DNA from: an uncultured virus (IMG/VR IMGVR_UViG_3300044970_002808)
Taxonomy: Duplodnaviria; Heunggongvirae; Uroviricota; Caudoviricetes
Direction: 5' to 3' (one strand)
Length of the DNA: 64,000 nucleotides
IMG/VR virus record: IMGVR_UViG_3300044970_002808
Coordinates: 1-64,000 of that record
Shown here: piece by piece, positions 8,801-17,910 of the stretch
Numbering within the stretch: position 1 is the first letter of the stretch
Layout of the letters: each line of letters begins with the position of its first letter
The notes under the pieces: model-generated
The model's database searches: none
The model's input: the letters and a program-made list of their open reading frames with translations, nothing else
Told to the model about the DNA's origin: nothing
Position numbers and translations under genes: made by a program

Positions 8801-9157
8801 TTTAGACTTATCTGATTTATTTTTTGCGTAATTAATTAATTGTTGTTTTAAAGCATCACGAACCCTTTGTCTAAATTTGGCGAAGGGGGAGGATGGTTTA
8901 GTTTTTTTAGCCTCGGAAGAAGTGGGTTTAGTGGCTTTTTTCTTATCTTTTTGGGGCTTAACCACATCAGGTTTAGTAGCCCATTTACCAGTCAAGGGGT
9001 CTCGTTTGTGCTTAGACGGGTCAAAGGAAAAAGCTTCCCCTTTAACATTAGTACCTTTAACAACCCCCATACCATCTTTAATATTACCGCCACGGGATTT
9101 CCCGGGGTCTTGGGGGGAATTAGGGGAGTATAATTTTCTACCTTTGCGTCTGGCCAT
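5894..9157 (-). CDS. large protein with three zincin-like HExxH repeats; probable virion/minor head protein
   Basis: HELAH, HQMAH and HEAAH, each followed by YVGxxY..TEVxSxGxE; basic N-terminus with FDPSKHKRDPLTGKW; late-type motif upstream. Confidence 0.7.
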   Translation of the reverse strand: MARRKGRKLYSPNSPQDPGKSRGGNIKDGMGVVKGTNVKGEAFSFDPSKHKRDPLTGKWATKPDVVKPQKDKKKATKPTSSEAKKTKPSSPFAKFRQRVRDALKQQLINYAKNKSDKSKSTPSKPDSVSTVPVNAKPIEKKNFTLDDYTQRGQEISSKYGLSDNKFLGRLAKLIDKLLSFQEKPSLTPSDMEELKKINDDILETQKKAYEDFEKKVEQLLDDYRENASDLDMDKVILKTRFVRNGFPRDLNEDVDMVREAYKDFHYLTNGNIIGFPNLLDVNNEGNSYAVYPNKPAQSSIVSIGTSGQGEVPLRQATFHELAHLVELHVPGLKEASLEFLKKHSYTGTLENFDYLGVPISGYKGDFIDEYVGRFYVQNSATEVLSTGFERLSNPDSAFKLFVNSNHHFNYILGALDRVNSTRNSESYRLPNKSVRKIPNKSAEEIPNKSAEEIPNKSAEAKNLTLDNYTQRGQEISSKYGLNDTKTLGKLQELSGILREFNTKIMGMYDDPTLTDSDREEVIRQFDEVFKKHKNLEKKFRAKFEKNVQNLLESYKEASKDLDLEKLLENSKFTLYGQELDKSDRNVDLVKESVKDFHSLTKGFLGELVPMIDVDRNGSSYVRYHPDKPEKLTHIRIGAIGLGDEVFKLQTFHQMAHILESHIPGLLKASMEFLKKHSYSGQEEDIEHRGMTYRGYKGDFINNYVGRTYNKGVSATEVISTGFERLRNPTDAFTLYTESNHHFNFILGVLDSINQTEPPKTKLMSSLTQKNLDPKPEPAEPKPTTPKQVSKEYTDTINSAKSKISQFKLDRLVKVFETQDAQINAELKSLDPKNPEDVEKAQKLFARKRKLKQSLDTYLEKQMNLLYQELLDNNNSVNSDLLVGQTNFQIGEYTKNLKPANTEDPIYKTHTPVISKALAEFHKLTGGILNNLVPRIGLSEKKRSWAGFDAQEPQKNNYLSISVTRSNDVKPSVFHEAAHLLEGSDPKFANLAKEFLAKNRTSDELKQIKGYPAGEVAYPGNWVHPYVGKIYKNSPSTEVISMGIERFASPKDMAEFYFKDKEHFALTLGIIESLKVPEHLKPIPATIY

Positions 9158-9287
9158 TATAAATTGGGGGAATGATGCTTCTGTACAGGACATTGGGCGT
9201 ATAGATTTTTCTCAATACCCACCCTGTTTAAGATTGATAAAATCCTATACGCCCAAAGATTTAGGTAGGGATTGCGGGAAAACCAGT

Positions 9288-9686
9288 ATGGAACCAATAA
9301 AAGTTAACATATTAATAAGACAAGGAGCCAGCTATAGGGGTAAATCTTTACTATTAGCGGGTAACTATAGTGACTGGGAGTTCGCTTGGCAAATTAAGAG
9401 AAAACATAAGGGAACTCTATTGGCAGAAGGAGACTTTGAAATAGTTAATGATGATTTCGTAATAGGGGATATTACCTATGAGAACCACACATTAATAACT
9501 CCAATTATGGTTTATCAGACCACAACCTTATTACCGGCGGCAATGGGGAATATAGTTGGGAGGGATGCTTGGGTATATGACTGTGAAATGAAGTCCCCCG
9601 ATGGGCTAATTGTACACAGATTTTTTGAAGGATTGGCTAATGTAAGCCCGGAAGTGACTACGGAGGTAATTCCCGATGGCAATTGA
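9288..9686 (+). CDS. putative virion structural protein (BppU-like N-terminal domain)
   Basis: NILIRQGASY and WVYDCEM..EG..NVSPEVT pattern; ATG 32 nt after the late-type motif; the longer track ORF overlaps the opposite gene. Confidence 0.55.
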   Translation: MEPIKVNILIRQGASYRGKSLLLAGNYSDWEFAWQIKRKHKGTLLAEGDFEIVNDDFVIGDITYENHTLITPIMVYQTTTLLPAAMGNIVGRDAWVYDCEMKSPDGLIVHRFFEGLANVSPEVTTEVIPDGN

Positions 9687-9828
9687 ACTGAATGGAGAAA
9701 TATTATTTTCTAATGAGACTAACGGGGTGTATGTAGTTACCACCCCTGAGACTTTAGTTCAAACAATAACATCCACAAATAATGTCTTCTATGTGACAAC
9801 AGTTTTTGTCGGGTTAAACCCAGTATAA
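9676..9828 (+). CDS. 50-aa hypothetical protein
   Basis: GGAGG RBS, ATG overlapping the previous gene; MAIELNGEILFS... Confidence 0.45.
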   Translation: MAIELNGEILFSNETNGVYVVTTPETLVQTITSTNNVFYVTTVFVGLNPV

Positions 9829-9846
9829 CAGAGAGTAGATTAGATG

Positions 9847-11154
9847 TCACGTTGACATGGTGAAGTTTGGTTCTAGTCCTGAGTCTTCTGTTTCTAGGAC
9901 GGAGAAATTTACCACTTGACCACCGCAGAATTTAGCGAACCCTTCTTTGACTGAGGAAGTGAGATTAGAGAAGTCAGCAGAAACACGGACGTAAGTGGCT
10001 TTTACTTTTTGCTCCATCTTGTTTAGGACTTGTCTCTGGATATTATAAAGATTCTGCCAAGCGGCTTTAAAAATATCCTTATCAGATTTGGGGGGTTTTC
10101 TAAGCTTTAAAGAGTAAGGAGCGTAGTTTAATGGGTCGTCAGAATAAACGAATTGGGAAACCCACTCGTAAAAAAGAACCTCACATTTGCCTTTGTTCCA
10201 AGCATTTATTTGCCTTCTACTGTAGGATTTTCCTACTTGCCATGGGAACATCTTTTCTAAAAGCATAGTAATGGAAAGGGGATTGTTATCAAGGTCTCTC
10301 CCCAATTGATTGCCCCAACAACCCTCGTGTTCAATTGGTATGCCCATACTAGAGTAGGTTTTAACGGCTCCTACGTTATCATAGAAATTAACCCAAGCTC
10401 TAAAGATACCCTTCTTATCAAGTTCAGCCTTAAACGTATGGAGAGCCTCGGCAAGTTCACCACAGGGGCGGTTAAATTTATTTTCGCTGAACTCTAGAAT
10501 GGAGAACATATAGTCAAGATAGGTGTTGGTGTGTTCACGCCAGTGAGCCATAGTCTGGTCAATATAGGCCTTTCTCCCATCTACATCTTCAGGGGGGATG
10601 CAAGAGTAAGCAAAAAAATCCTCATTACGGATTAAATCATCCGCACTACGAACCTCTTTAGGTCTAAGTCTAGGCTCTCCTTTCTCAACACTTCTAACTA
10701 AATCATGAAAAATTTCGTGGGTAAAATCCATTGCAATTTGTAATTGTAATAGGACAGCACTACCCGCCGCAACAGTCTGAGAGCCAGTTAGTTTTACGGC
10801 TTCTGTTTTCTTTTTGAAGGGAGTGTTAACCATAGTGGTTAATACGGAACCCATAGCGGCGTTGTAAGCGGCTTGTAGACCCTTATTGGAAGTAGCCTTA
10901 GTTTTCGGGGGGTTATAAACGGGTAAAAGTTTTTTTAGGAGTTTATAGATGTCCACGAAATGACGGCTGGTATAGCCAGTGGGTGTGACAACTTTCTCTA
11001 CAAAAAGTTTAAATTCTTCGTGAACGGCGATAAAAGTGTCGGTATCCACAATTTCCGCCTCTAAAGCTTCGATAGAGACGTTATTAAAGTCTCTGAAGTC
11101 CATTTCGACTTCTACTGTGGAAGTTTTTAATATTTTGTTGGCTGTTCCTAACAT
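9847..11154 (-). CDS. hypothetical protein in the replication region
   Basis: 435-aa ORF with its own TTGACA/TATACT promoter. Confidence 0.7.
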   Translation of the reverse strand: MLGTANKILKTSTVEVEMDFRDFNNVSIEALEAEIVDTDTFIAVHEEFKLFVEKVVTPTGYTSRHFVDIYKLLKKLLPVYNPPKTKATSNKGLQAAYNAAMGSVLTTMVNTPFKKKTEAVKLTGSQTVAAGSAVLLQLQIAMDFTHEIFHDLVRSVEKGEPRLRPKEVRSADDLIRNEDFFAYSCIPPEDVDGRKAYIDQTMAHWREHTNTYLDYMFSILEFSENKFNRPCGELAEALHTFKAELDKKGIFRAWVNFYDNVGAVKTYSSMGIPIEHEGCWGNQLGRDLDNNPLSITMLLEKMFPWQVGKSYSRRQINAWNKGKCEVLFYEWVSQFVYSDDPLNYAPYSLKLRKPPKSDKDIFKAAWQNLYNIQRQVLNKMEQKVKATYVRVSADFSNLTSSVKEGFAKFCGGQVVNFSVLETEDSGLEPNFTMST

Positions 11155-11260
11155 AGGTGTCTTTGGGGTAGCAATAACTAAAGTATAACAGAGGGTATGG
11201 CAGGTGTCAAGGGGGTTGAGAAAAATTTTTTAGGTTTTAGCCACCCCCGTAGGTCTAAAA

Positions 11261-13255
11261 CTAATCCACCATCAGTTTTAAAAACCCCTTAGCAAGGTTA
11301 GTTAGGACTTTGTGAAACCCTAGATATACGTCCTCATCGTCTAAGTCTTGGACATCTGAGATAATTTGGTTATATAGGGGGTCATAGCTTTTACTGCCTT
11401 CGTAGTAGCTCACGATTACGGATAAGTCCCTACGAAGTTCGTAACCTCCAGTAGTGGTTAACCCCTTAAGCATATTTTCTATGATGTTAGCGGGGCTATT
11501 GTGTTGGGAAGCTAACTCCAAGCCTTTTAGTATTGCATTATTTAATCCTGTAGCGGACACGGATTCTACTATGGCGTAGGGATGACCTTTAGGTTTCCCC
11601 CTTTTCTCAAAATCAGACTTTAAATAGCGACATAAATCAATACCTTTATTTCCCATAAAGGCTCTTTGAGCTTCGAGAAAGAACACTGCGAGTTGGTCAT
11701 CAAAGTTAGCACTAGACTCGTAGTATTCACCAATCCCACTCTTGGAGTCAATTCCCGAAAAAACCATACAGAATCTCCAGAAGTGAACCATATCCTTTGT
11801 AGCATTTTGAACTGTACGGATTCTCAGTTCTTTATGGAGGGCTACAATGGTTTCTTCCAGACGGTTAGGATTGGTTTGAGCCATAGTAGCCCCAGTCATC
11901 CTCAGCATCTGATTATAAGTTTCATCTGATAGCGAAGGAAATTTTTTGGGGTCACGGGGCAATACGGACTCAGTGTAACCTGCCACTTTGAGGAACTCTT
12001 CGGAGGACAAGTGGAGTAGCCAAAACCCCAAAACATCGGTAGTGGTATTAAGTTTTTTAGCCAGATAATTCCAATGATGCCAAGTTCGGAAATCAGGGCT
12101 ACCAGAGGATAACCCAGTACCCACCATTTTCTTTAATTCTGTCTCCTGGTAAATAGAGAGCATATTTACCCTGTCCTTAATACCGTCATCAGCATTATAC
12201 AAGTCACGAGCATTCCACTCGTTAGAACAAGCAATTATGACAGTTCGAGACTTAACGTTTATTGCGTCAACTCCTTTATTTTCGGTGCGTAGTACACCGT
12301 TACTAACCAATTGCTTAGTCAGCCCGGAGTGTAACATTTTTTGTTGGGTGGATTTGGTGAGGTCATCCAGATAAGCCAGATGGGAGACAGCAATTTCCCC
12401 CCAACCAAATCTGCCAAAGTTATCAGCCATGGTTTGGATGTCATAGCCGCAATTTTTCAGAGCGTCCATTACAAAGGTCATTAGAGCCGATTTACCCAAG
12501 CCTGGTTCACCCAAGACAATGCCCATAGAGCGAAACTTATGGTTAATGTCGATTCCCTCAACAGTTGTGGAATCACCACTTCCAACCACAATTCTCCCGA
12601 CTAATAAGAGGAACATTTGACGTTCTGCTTCGGGAAAGATGGACAACAAATCTTGGGCTGTAACCTCCTGAATGCGGGGGTCAAACCAAGATTTCTGGGG
12701 AACTATATATTTCCCACCAGTACCACCCCTTAAACTGATGCCAGAATTGTATCGTTTGGTTTGCTCACCAGCCAACATTAAAAGAGCAGTATTAAAAACT
12801 GGTCTACGATTGTCCCCATTGTGAAACACTAAAGGTTTCCAGTATTCCCAAACTTGCTTGCTACAATGAATCTTAATCGTGTTTACTGCGTCCTCCAGGG
12901 TGTCCTGGTGTTCCATTGGCACAATTTTCTTTTTCCAATGGAAATCCGAAGGTGGTTTGTAGCCATCCCCAGTGGAAGCTACCGTGTAGGGACAGTCAAT
13001 ATAAATTTTGTGTCCAGCTAAATCACCCTTTGGATGGGGGATAAGCTCTAGCCCATGTTGAGCCAGAACTCGCATTCCCTCCCGATAACGGGTGAAATCC
13101 CCCATAAACTGACCCTCATCATCAGAATCTCTAGGGGTTTTTTGTTCTTGCTGGTTCTCAAATCGGTTTTCATGGGGGTCACAACCCTCATGGTTGAATT
13201 TGTCCACGCTATTTTTTTCTCTTGGAGTTAACTTTCTCGTCATCACTGGCCGCAA
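11261..13255 (-). CDS. SF3/D5-like helicase (primase-helicase family)
   Basis: Walker A GEPGLGKS, Walker B LAYLDD, ENKG, motif C IIACSN, DR finger. Confidence 0.8.
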   Translation of the reverse strand: MRPVMTRKLTPREKNSVDKFNHEGCDPHENRFENQQEQKTPRDSDDEGQFMGDFTRYREGMRVLAQHGLELIPHPKGDLAGHKIYIDCPYTVASTGDGYKPPSDFHWKKKIVPMEHQDTLEDAVNTIKIHCSKQVWEYWKPLVFHNGDNRRPVFNTALLMLAGEQTKRYNSGISLRGGTGGKYIVPQKSWFDPRIQEVTAQDLLSIFPEAERQMFLLLVGRIVVGSGDSTTVEGIDINHKFRSMGIVLGEPGLGKSALMTFVMDALKNCGYDIQTMADNFGRFGWGEIAVSHLAYLDDLTKSTQQKMLHSGLTKQLVSNGVLRTENKGVDAINVKSRTVIIACSNEWNARDLYNADDGIKDRVNMLSIYQETELKKMVGTGLSSGSPDFRTWHHWNYLAKKLNTTTDVLGFWLLHLSSEEFLKVAGYTESVLPRDPKKFPSLSDETYNQMLRMTGATMAQTNPNRLEETIVALHKELRIRTVQNATKDMVHFWRFCMVFSGIDSKSGIGEYYESSANFDDQLAVFFLEAQRAFMGNKGIDLCRYLKSDFEKRGKPKGHPYAIVESVSATGLNNAILKGLELASQHNSPANIIENMLKGLTTTGGYELRRDLSVIVSYYEGSKSYDPLYNQIISDVQDLDDEDVYLGFHKVLTNLAKGFLKLMVD

Positions 13256-13338
13256 ATAATTTGTCCTTGTTGAACCCAGTTTGACAGACCTCCCCCAGAA
13301 TTGTCAAGGGCTGATTTAAAGTGGTTTTACTTTAGTTT

Positions 13339-14181
13339 TCAAATGTTTTTCAAATGTTTTTCGTATGCAGTAAGGATACGCTCATCATAAGGTGGGCGAT
13401 GTTGGTTGTAAGCCGGGCCATTATAAGAACGAGCAAACCCTTTAAAATCTTTTCGTCTCAGGGAAACCACCAAAGCATTACGAACTAAAAACTGCCCTAA
13501 AGCTTTTAACTGGTCTTTAGGGCTGTGCATGGCTTGGAAAAATTCTTCAACTGTAGGGTAGCCAACCACTTCATAGTTGAATCCCATAATCTGGAAAGCC
13601 CCAAAGGATGCTGATTGTAATGCCGCTTCCCGGTCTAAAAGCATAGCCGCCTCTAAGCGTAGGTATTCCCCCTCAGAACTACGGGAGTTCAATAAGGGAG
13701 AGTATTTGCGAGTAGAGAGTTTAGGATGGGAAGAATCAAATTTACGGTTAGTCATACTAGAGAAAACGTGGGATTCAAATCTAACGACGGGTCTGCCATC
13801 ATCCTGAAGTCCCCGACCAGAAGATTCAACTTCGGCAACTGCTTTCAATAAGGCGACCTCTAGATTAAGACTTTTAGCCAAGGCTTGGAAATCTGCCTCC
13901 GCCACTGGACTCAAATCATATTTAAGGGTATCCGCCGGTTTAGCAGTATCTGCCAACAGTTTTGTGATGAAACTCTTACCGATAACTTGTTTTTCAAAAT
14001 TATTAAGTTTATATTTCTCAGAGGCTTGTTTAAGGGCTAGTTCTGTCCCTTCCCCCCAAATACCGTCAATTTCTAATTTATAAAAGCCTATTCTGGCTAG
14101 TTCTATCTGTAAGTCTTTTAAAGTCTCTGAATCAGCTTTTAGCTGGTCAAAGGTAACGGTTTTAGCAGGATTCAAGGTCAT
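13339..14181 (-). CDS. endolysin: peptidoglycan-binding domain plus N-acetylmuramidase (DUF3380-like)
   Basis: IDGIWGEGT; AVAEVESSG, FESHVF, SFGAFQIMGFNY and FARSYNGP motifs. Confidence 0.9.
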   Translation of the reverse strand: MTLNPAKTVTFDQLKADSETLKDLQIELARIGFYKLEIDGIWGEGTELALKQASEKYKLNNFEKQVIGKSFITKLLADTAKPADTLKYDLSPVAEADFQALAKSLNLEVALLKAVAEVESSGRGLQDDGRPVVRFESHVFSSMTNRKFDSSHPKLSTRKYSPLLNSRSSEGEYLRLEAAMLLDREAALQSASFGAFQIMGFNYEVVGYPTVEEFFQAMHSPKDQLKALGQFLVRNALVVSLRRKDFKGFARSYNGPAYNQHRPPYDERILTAYEKHLKNI

Positions 14182-14245
14182 AAAAAATCAAGTCCAGATT
14201 AAACAAGGGTCTAAATCTGGACTTGGGCGTTAAGTGGTTAGAGTT

Positions 14246-14533
14246 CTAGCCTAAAGTTTGGAAAACTACATAAAGTTGACGTAACAATTCAGAATATACA
14301 TCAACCTCCTCAGAATCTAGCTTATGATTACGGAGTACGGTGGTTAATGAGTCAATAGTGTTTTGAACATTATCACAAAGCAGACCTGTATTTAGGTCAA
14401 ACTCGGTAGGAAACTTACACTCGAAGTCAGATTCTTCGTCATCCTTAAAATCACATCCCAAATCATCGCACTCACAGTCACCGCAATCGGTGGGAAGGAG
14501 TTCATTCATTTCTGATACCATAATGTTCCCCAA
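14246..14533 (-). CDS. acidic Cys-rich hypothetical protein
   Basis: 95-aa ORF behind a promoter repeat. Confidence 0.55.
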   Translation of the reverse strand: MGNIMVSEMNELLPTDCGDCECDDLGCDFKDDEESDFECKFPTEFDLNTGLLCDNVQNTIDSLTTVLRNHKLDSEEVDVYSELLRQLYVVFQTLG

Positions 14534-14609
14534 GGGTAAAGTGTTTGTTTTAACGGGTCAACTTTGTGTTGGGCGGTTACTCCCTGTATGACAGAGAGTA
14601 GATTAGATG

Positions 14610-14876
14610 TCAAGGGGTTACTTTAGCCAAAGCCAAGTAAGGGGCTAATGCTTTCAAAGGTAGAGTGACTCTTAAAGCTACCAAAGCATGAAATCGTAAG
14701 TCCTCTTTTTTGATACCCTCAGCAAGTTCTATGGCTTCGGGTATTAGTTCTGGGGGTAAATTAGGGGCTAACGCCACTAACCCTTGGGAACGTTCGGCTT
14801 CCGTGTCGAAACTCTTTACAATTTCTAAAGCTTTCCGCATCAAATTCTCAGACATTTTAGACTCCAGTATTTCCAT
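14610..14876 (-). CDS. short helical-repeat protein
   Basis: LVALAPNLPPELIPEA / ALVAL / ALAPYL repeats. Confidence 0.55.
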   Translation of the reverse strand: MEILESKMSENLMRKALEIVKSFDTEAERSQGLVALAPNLPPELIPEAIELAEGIKKEDLRFHALVALRVTLPLKALAPYLALAKVTP

Positions 14877-14930
14877 TAAAGAGATGGTGAAGGGGGCTTT
14901 GTACCCCCCCTTCGGATTAGGTAAAAATGC

Positions 14931-15845
14931 CTACCAATCTAGGTCGATGTCTCCACGGCTGGGGAAATTCTCAGAGGGTACGACTAGAGACGCATTAACC
15001 TTAGTATTTCCATTTGCCATTTTTGTTTTGTTTACTACTCGGAGTAAGCAGGTTTTAGTAGGGGTGATTACCGGGCCAGCCTCAAGAGTACGGACAATGG
15101 CTTTGTTGGACATAATCTTCATACCATCTTCAGTGGTGAGGATGAAAAATCCACCATTGTCACTTTCTTTAAATTCATACCCTACGATAGTGTATTCTGT
15201 ACCGTCTTCCAAATCACGGAGGGGTGTAGCAGAACTACCACCAGTCGGGGGTTCAGCCAAATAAGTAAAGAAAGTACCTTTTGTGAATGCCCGACGCATT
15301 TTTATGGAATCGTTTTTACGTTTTTCCATGTCCGCTTCAGCAAAACGTGCGGCCAAGTCGAAGGTCAAACCATCGGGGAACTCATCGCTTTCGGGAAGGA
15401 CAATGGTGATGCCACTGTCGGAAGGCATGGATGCGATGCCTTCGATATTGGCGAAAGCCATGTAGGGTACGAACAAGGTTTGACTGAAACGAACTCCTAG
15501 GTTGTAACCAGTTTCACCGTTTTCAGCAGGTTCGTCTTCAAACAAGCTGGGGTTTGCTTTTGCGTATGCCGAACTCTGTAATAATGTGTTAGAAACTTTA
15601 TAAAGGGTGGGGCTATAGAGTGCTTTGAACACCCCATTTTCCGCTTTTACTGTCAGAATGGAGCCATCTGGGTCGAACTTTTCACCAACTTGGTTTAAAA
15701 TGTAACTGAGTTGGGTGGTTAAGGTACGTCCAATCTTAGAGTTTGGAACATTGGTATAAACCTTGTCCCAAAACTTACCAGAGTATAAGGAAATTACTTC
15801 ATTAAAGGAAACTACGGAGGGTACTTGTGCAGTTGAGGTTGTCAT
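14931..15845 (-). CDS. putative single-stranded DNA-binding/annealing protein
   Basis: replication context, beta-rich C-terminal domain, acidic-aromatic tail DIDLDW. Confidence 0.4.
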   Translation of the reverse strand: MTTSTAQVPSVVSFNEVISLYSGKFWDKVYTNVPNSKIGRTLTTQLSYILNQVGEKFDPDGSILTVKAENGVFKALYSPTLYKVSNTLLQSSAYAKANPSLFEDEPAENGETGYNLGVRFSQTLFVPYMAFANIEGIASMPSDSGITIVLPESDEFPDGLTFDLAARFAEADMEKRKNDSIKMRRAFTKGTFFTYLAEPPTGGSSATPLRDLEDGTEYTIVGYEFKESDNGGFFILTTEDGMKIMSNKAIVRTLEAGPVITPTKTCLLRVVNKTKMANGNTKVNASLVVPSENFPSRGDIDLDW

Positions 15846-15956
15846 AAATTTGTTGGGTTTTGTTTAGATTTGGTTTTTGTCGGGTTAACCCCAGTATAAC
15901 AGAAGGTATATTAGGTGTCAAGGGGTTTGAGAAAATTCTTTTTGGGCTTTTCTCTG

Positions 15957-16080
15957 CCGCTTTACCCTAGTTAAAGGGGGTTTTAACCCTGATTGATTAA
16001 GCTTGGTTATCACTTAACCAGTTTTTGCTGGGTTAATAACCCCAGTATAACAGAGAGTAGATTAGATGTCAAGGGGTTTA
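15957..16080 (-). repeat. promoter plus structured-leader repeat, copy 2
   Basis: matches 1905-2020 and 53225-53342. Confidence 0.85.
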
Positions 16081-16276
16081 GGTTATTTCTTTTTTCCTGT
16101 TTTTTCTGTTCAATCCAATCCTGGAGTACCGTCCTCCAATCTAGATGGACTACTTCATCAGAGCCATCGAAGATTACCTTGAGTATGGTGTACTCACCAC
16201 TTTCCAGACCTTGTTGCTCAACCTCTGTCAAAACTGGGGTTTGATATGTTTCGCACGGTGTAATTATAATGTACAT
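16010..16276 (-). CDS. hypothetical protein
   Basis: 88-aa ORF with promoter; its 3' end runs into the repeat. Confidence 0.5.
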   Translation of the reverse strand: MYIIITPCETYQTPVLTEVEQQGLESGEYTILKVIFDGSDEVVHLDWRTVLQDWIEQKKQEKRNNLNPLTSNLLSVILGLLTQQKLVK

Positions 16277-16325
16277 GGTTGAATCCTGAAGGTTAACCCC
16301 AGTATAACAGTTTGAGCGAAGTTTG

Positions 16326-17231
16326 TCAAGTCAACTCAGGACTTAGGAAGTCATAGTACCCATGTACTGTTACTCTTTGACCAGATTCAACAAACCAGTC
16401 GTGGGCTTTCTTCAGGTGCTTAAAACTAGAATTGGGTTCACCAGAGTTAACCACTTGACGTACCTGTAGTGCGTAGTTAGCTCTTTGTAAAATATCAAAT
16501 TCAGGGGGAGGGTTGAGTAGATTAATCACTTCGATAGGACTACCTTTGATGAGATTATCACTCTTATCGCCTTTTTCAACTTTTATATCCCAAATTTGGG
16601 GGGGAGAGTCAATTTTACGTTTTTCCCGTTTTAAGGTGTGAGCAAATACACCCGCCTCATCACGGAACCGAGGAGTCCATTGCGCCATACTGACCCAGAG
16701 AGAGGTGGGTTCCACAAAGGGTTCCAATAGGGCTTGGTCTAAGGTCATACTGTTGAGGACACCATTGTTAACCAAACCCATCCAGTCAGAGTCTATCGTG
16801 TGGAGAAAAACCAGTCTATTACTTTTGCTTCTTACAATGGCAGAGGCTATATCATCTGCCTCAAATTGGGGGAATCTTAAATAGTGAATAGGGCTGTTAG
16901 GGGCAGTTACATAATCTAACCCAGCTTGGTTAACCTCATACCATTCATCGGTTTTAGAGGGTCTACCACCTTTATACTCCGGGAATCCTCTCTCTCTAAG
17001 GTAGGCTTCTCTCCAGTAAGGGCTACTATCATCTACTACCACCACTGTATGGGGGAAATAAGGAAGACCAGTAAACCCCCGATTCAATGTAATAGCCCAT
17101 GTAGCCTTTAACCAAGTTGAGGCAGTAGCGGCAGGAAGATTGGCTTTAATAAACTGGTACTGATGGTAAATCTGGTACACTGCTACCCTAAAGTCGTTAA
17201 CAATAATAGGAGCGTTGGTAAATTCAGACAT
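16326..17231 (-). CDS. 5'-3' exonuclease / RNase H (FEN-like)
   Basis: VVDD..YWR, EYKGGR, FEADDI, TIDSDW and GDKSDN acidic catalytic motifs. Confidence 0.85.
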   Translation of the reverse strand: MSEFTNAPIIVNDFRVAVYQIYHQYQFIKANLPAATASTWLKATWAITLNRGFTGLPYFPHTVVVVDDSSPYWREAYLRERGFPEYKGGRPSKTDEWYEVNQAGLDYVTAPNSPIHYLRFPQFEADDIASAIVRSKSNRLVFLHTIDSDWMGLVNNGVLNSMTLDQALLEPFVEPTSLWVSMAQWTPRFRDEAGVFAHTLKREKRKIDSPPQIWDIKVEKGDKSDNLIKGSPIEVINLLNPPPEFDILQRANYALQVRQVVNSGEPNSSFKHLKKAHDWFVESGQRVTVHGYYDFLSPELT

Positions 17232-17422
17232 AGTTTTTAGTCCTTATAGGTCTCACATATAATATGCCTGCAATCCCGACTTTAGGTACAAATAAAAAAT
17301 CAACCACTGGGTGTTATCAGTAAATTCTCGTTAACTTCATGAAACTTAATCTTCATAATCTCGCAGTCTAACCAGACAAATACGCCCAATTTGAGAGTGT
17401 AGTCACACAAATAAAAAAGTTT

Positions 17423-17902
17423 ATGACCCTTATTGACGAAAAGATTATCCCCCAGTTCTTAGATGACACTGAGCCTTTGGGTGAAGTAACTGTAAATGGT
17501 AAGACCTATCAGGTAACTAGCCCAGAGAATCTTTTAGAAGAACAGTATATTGCCTATTTTGCTGGACGGAGCGAGGCTATGGATGCCTACATTAATATTT
17601 TTGGACAAGAGGATGAAAATGGTACTGTGGTGCTAGTACAGACCAAAGATGCCAAAGATGCTGTACGGAAAGCTAAATTAGAAGCCCAGATGTTAGCCCC
17701 CGCTCGAAAAATGATTGAGGCACTGCTTGGCCAACCAGTAGGAACCTTTAAAAGATTACGCTCTAAAACCATCATGGGTATTTATAACCATTTACAAACA
17801 CTACTGGATGAAATCGGGCAAACACCAGAACAGGATGGTGTTACCCCCGTTCAACAGGAGGAATTAGATGTCCCTTTGGATTCCAAAATCGAGCAAGAGT
17901 AA
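17423..17902 (+). CDS. tail assembly chaperone (gpG-like)
   Basis: VTVNGKTY, acidic 159-aa protein, in-phase slippery heptamer near its end, late-type motif upstream. Confidence 0.6.
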   Translation: MTLIDEKIIPQFLDDTEPLGEVTVNGKTYQVTSPENLLEEQYIAYFAGRSEAMDAYINIFGQEDENGTVVLVQTKDAKDAVRKAKLEAQMLAPARKMIEALLGQPVGTFKRLRSKTIMGIYNHLQTLLDEIGQTPEQDGVTPVQQEELDVPLDSKIEQE

Positions 17903-17910
17903 ATCTCTAT

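Noticed and set aside
8877..9287. 5' half of the 269-aa + strand ORF
   Set aside because: Antisense to the large minus-strand gene; the motif and ATG support a start at 9288.
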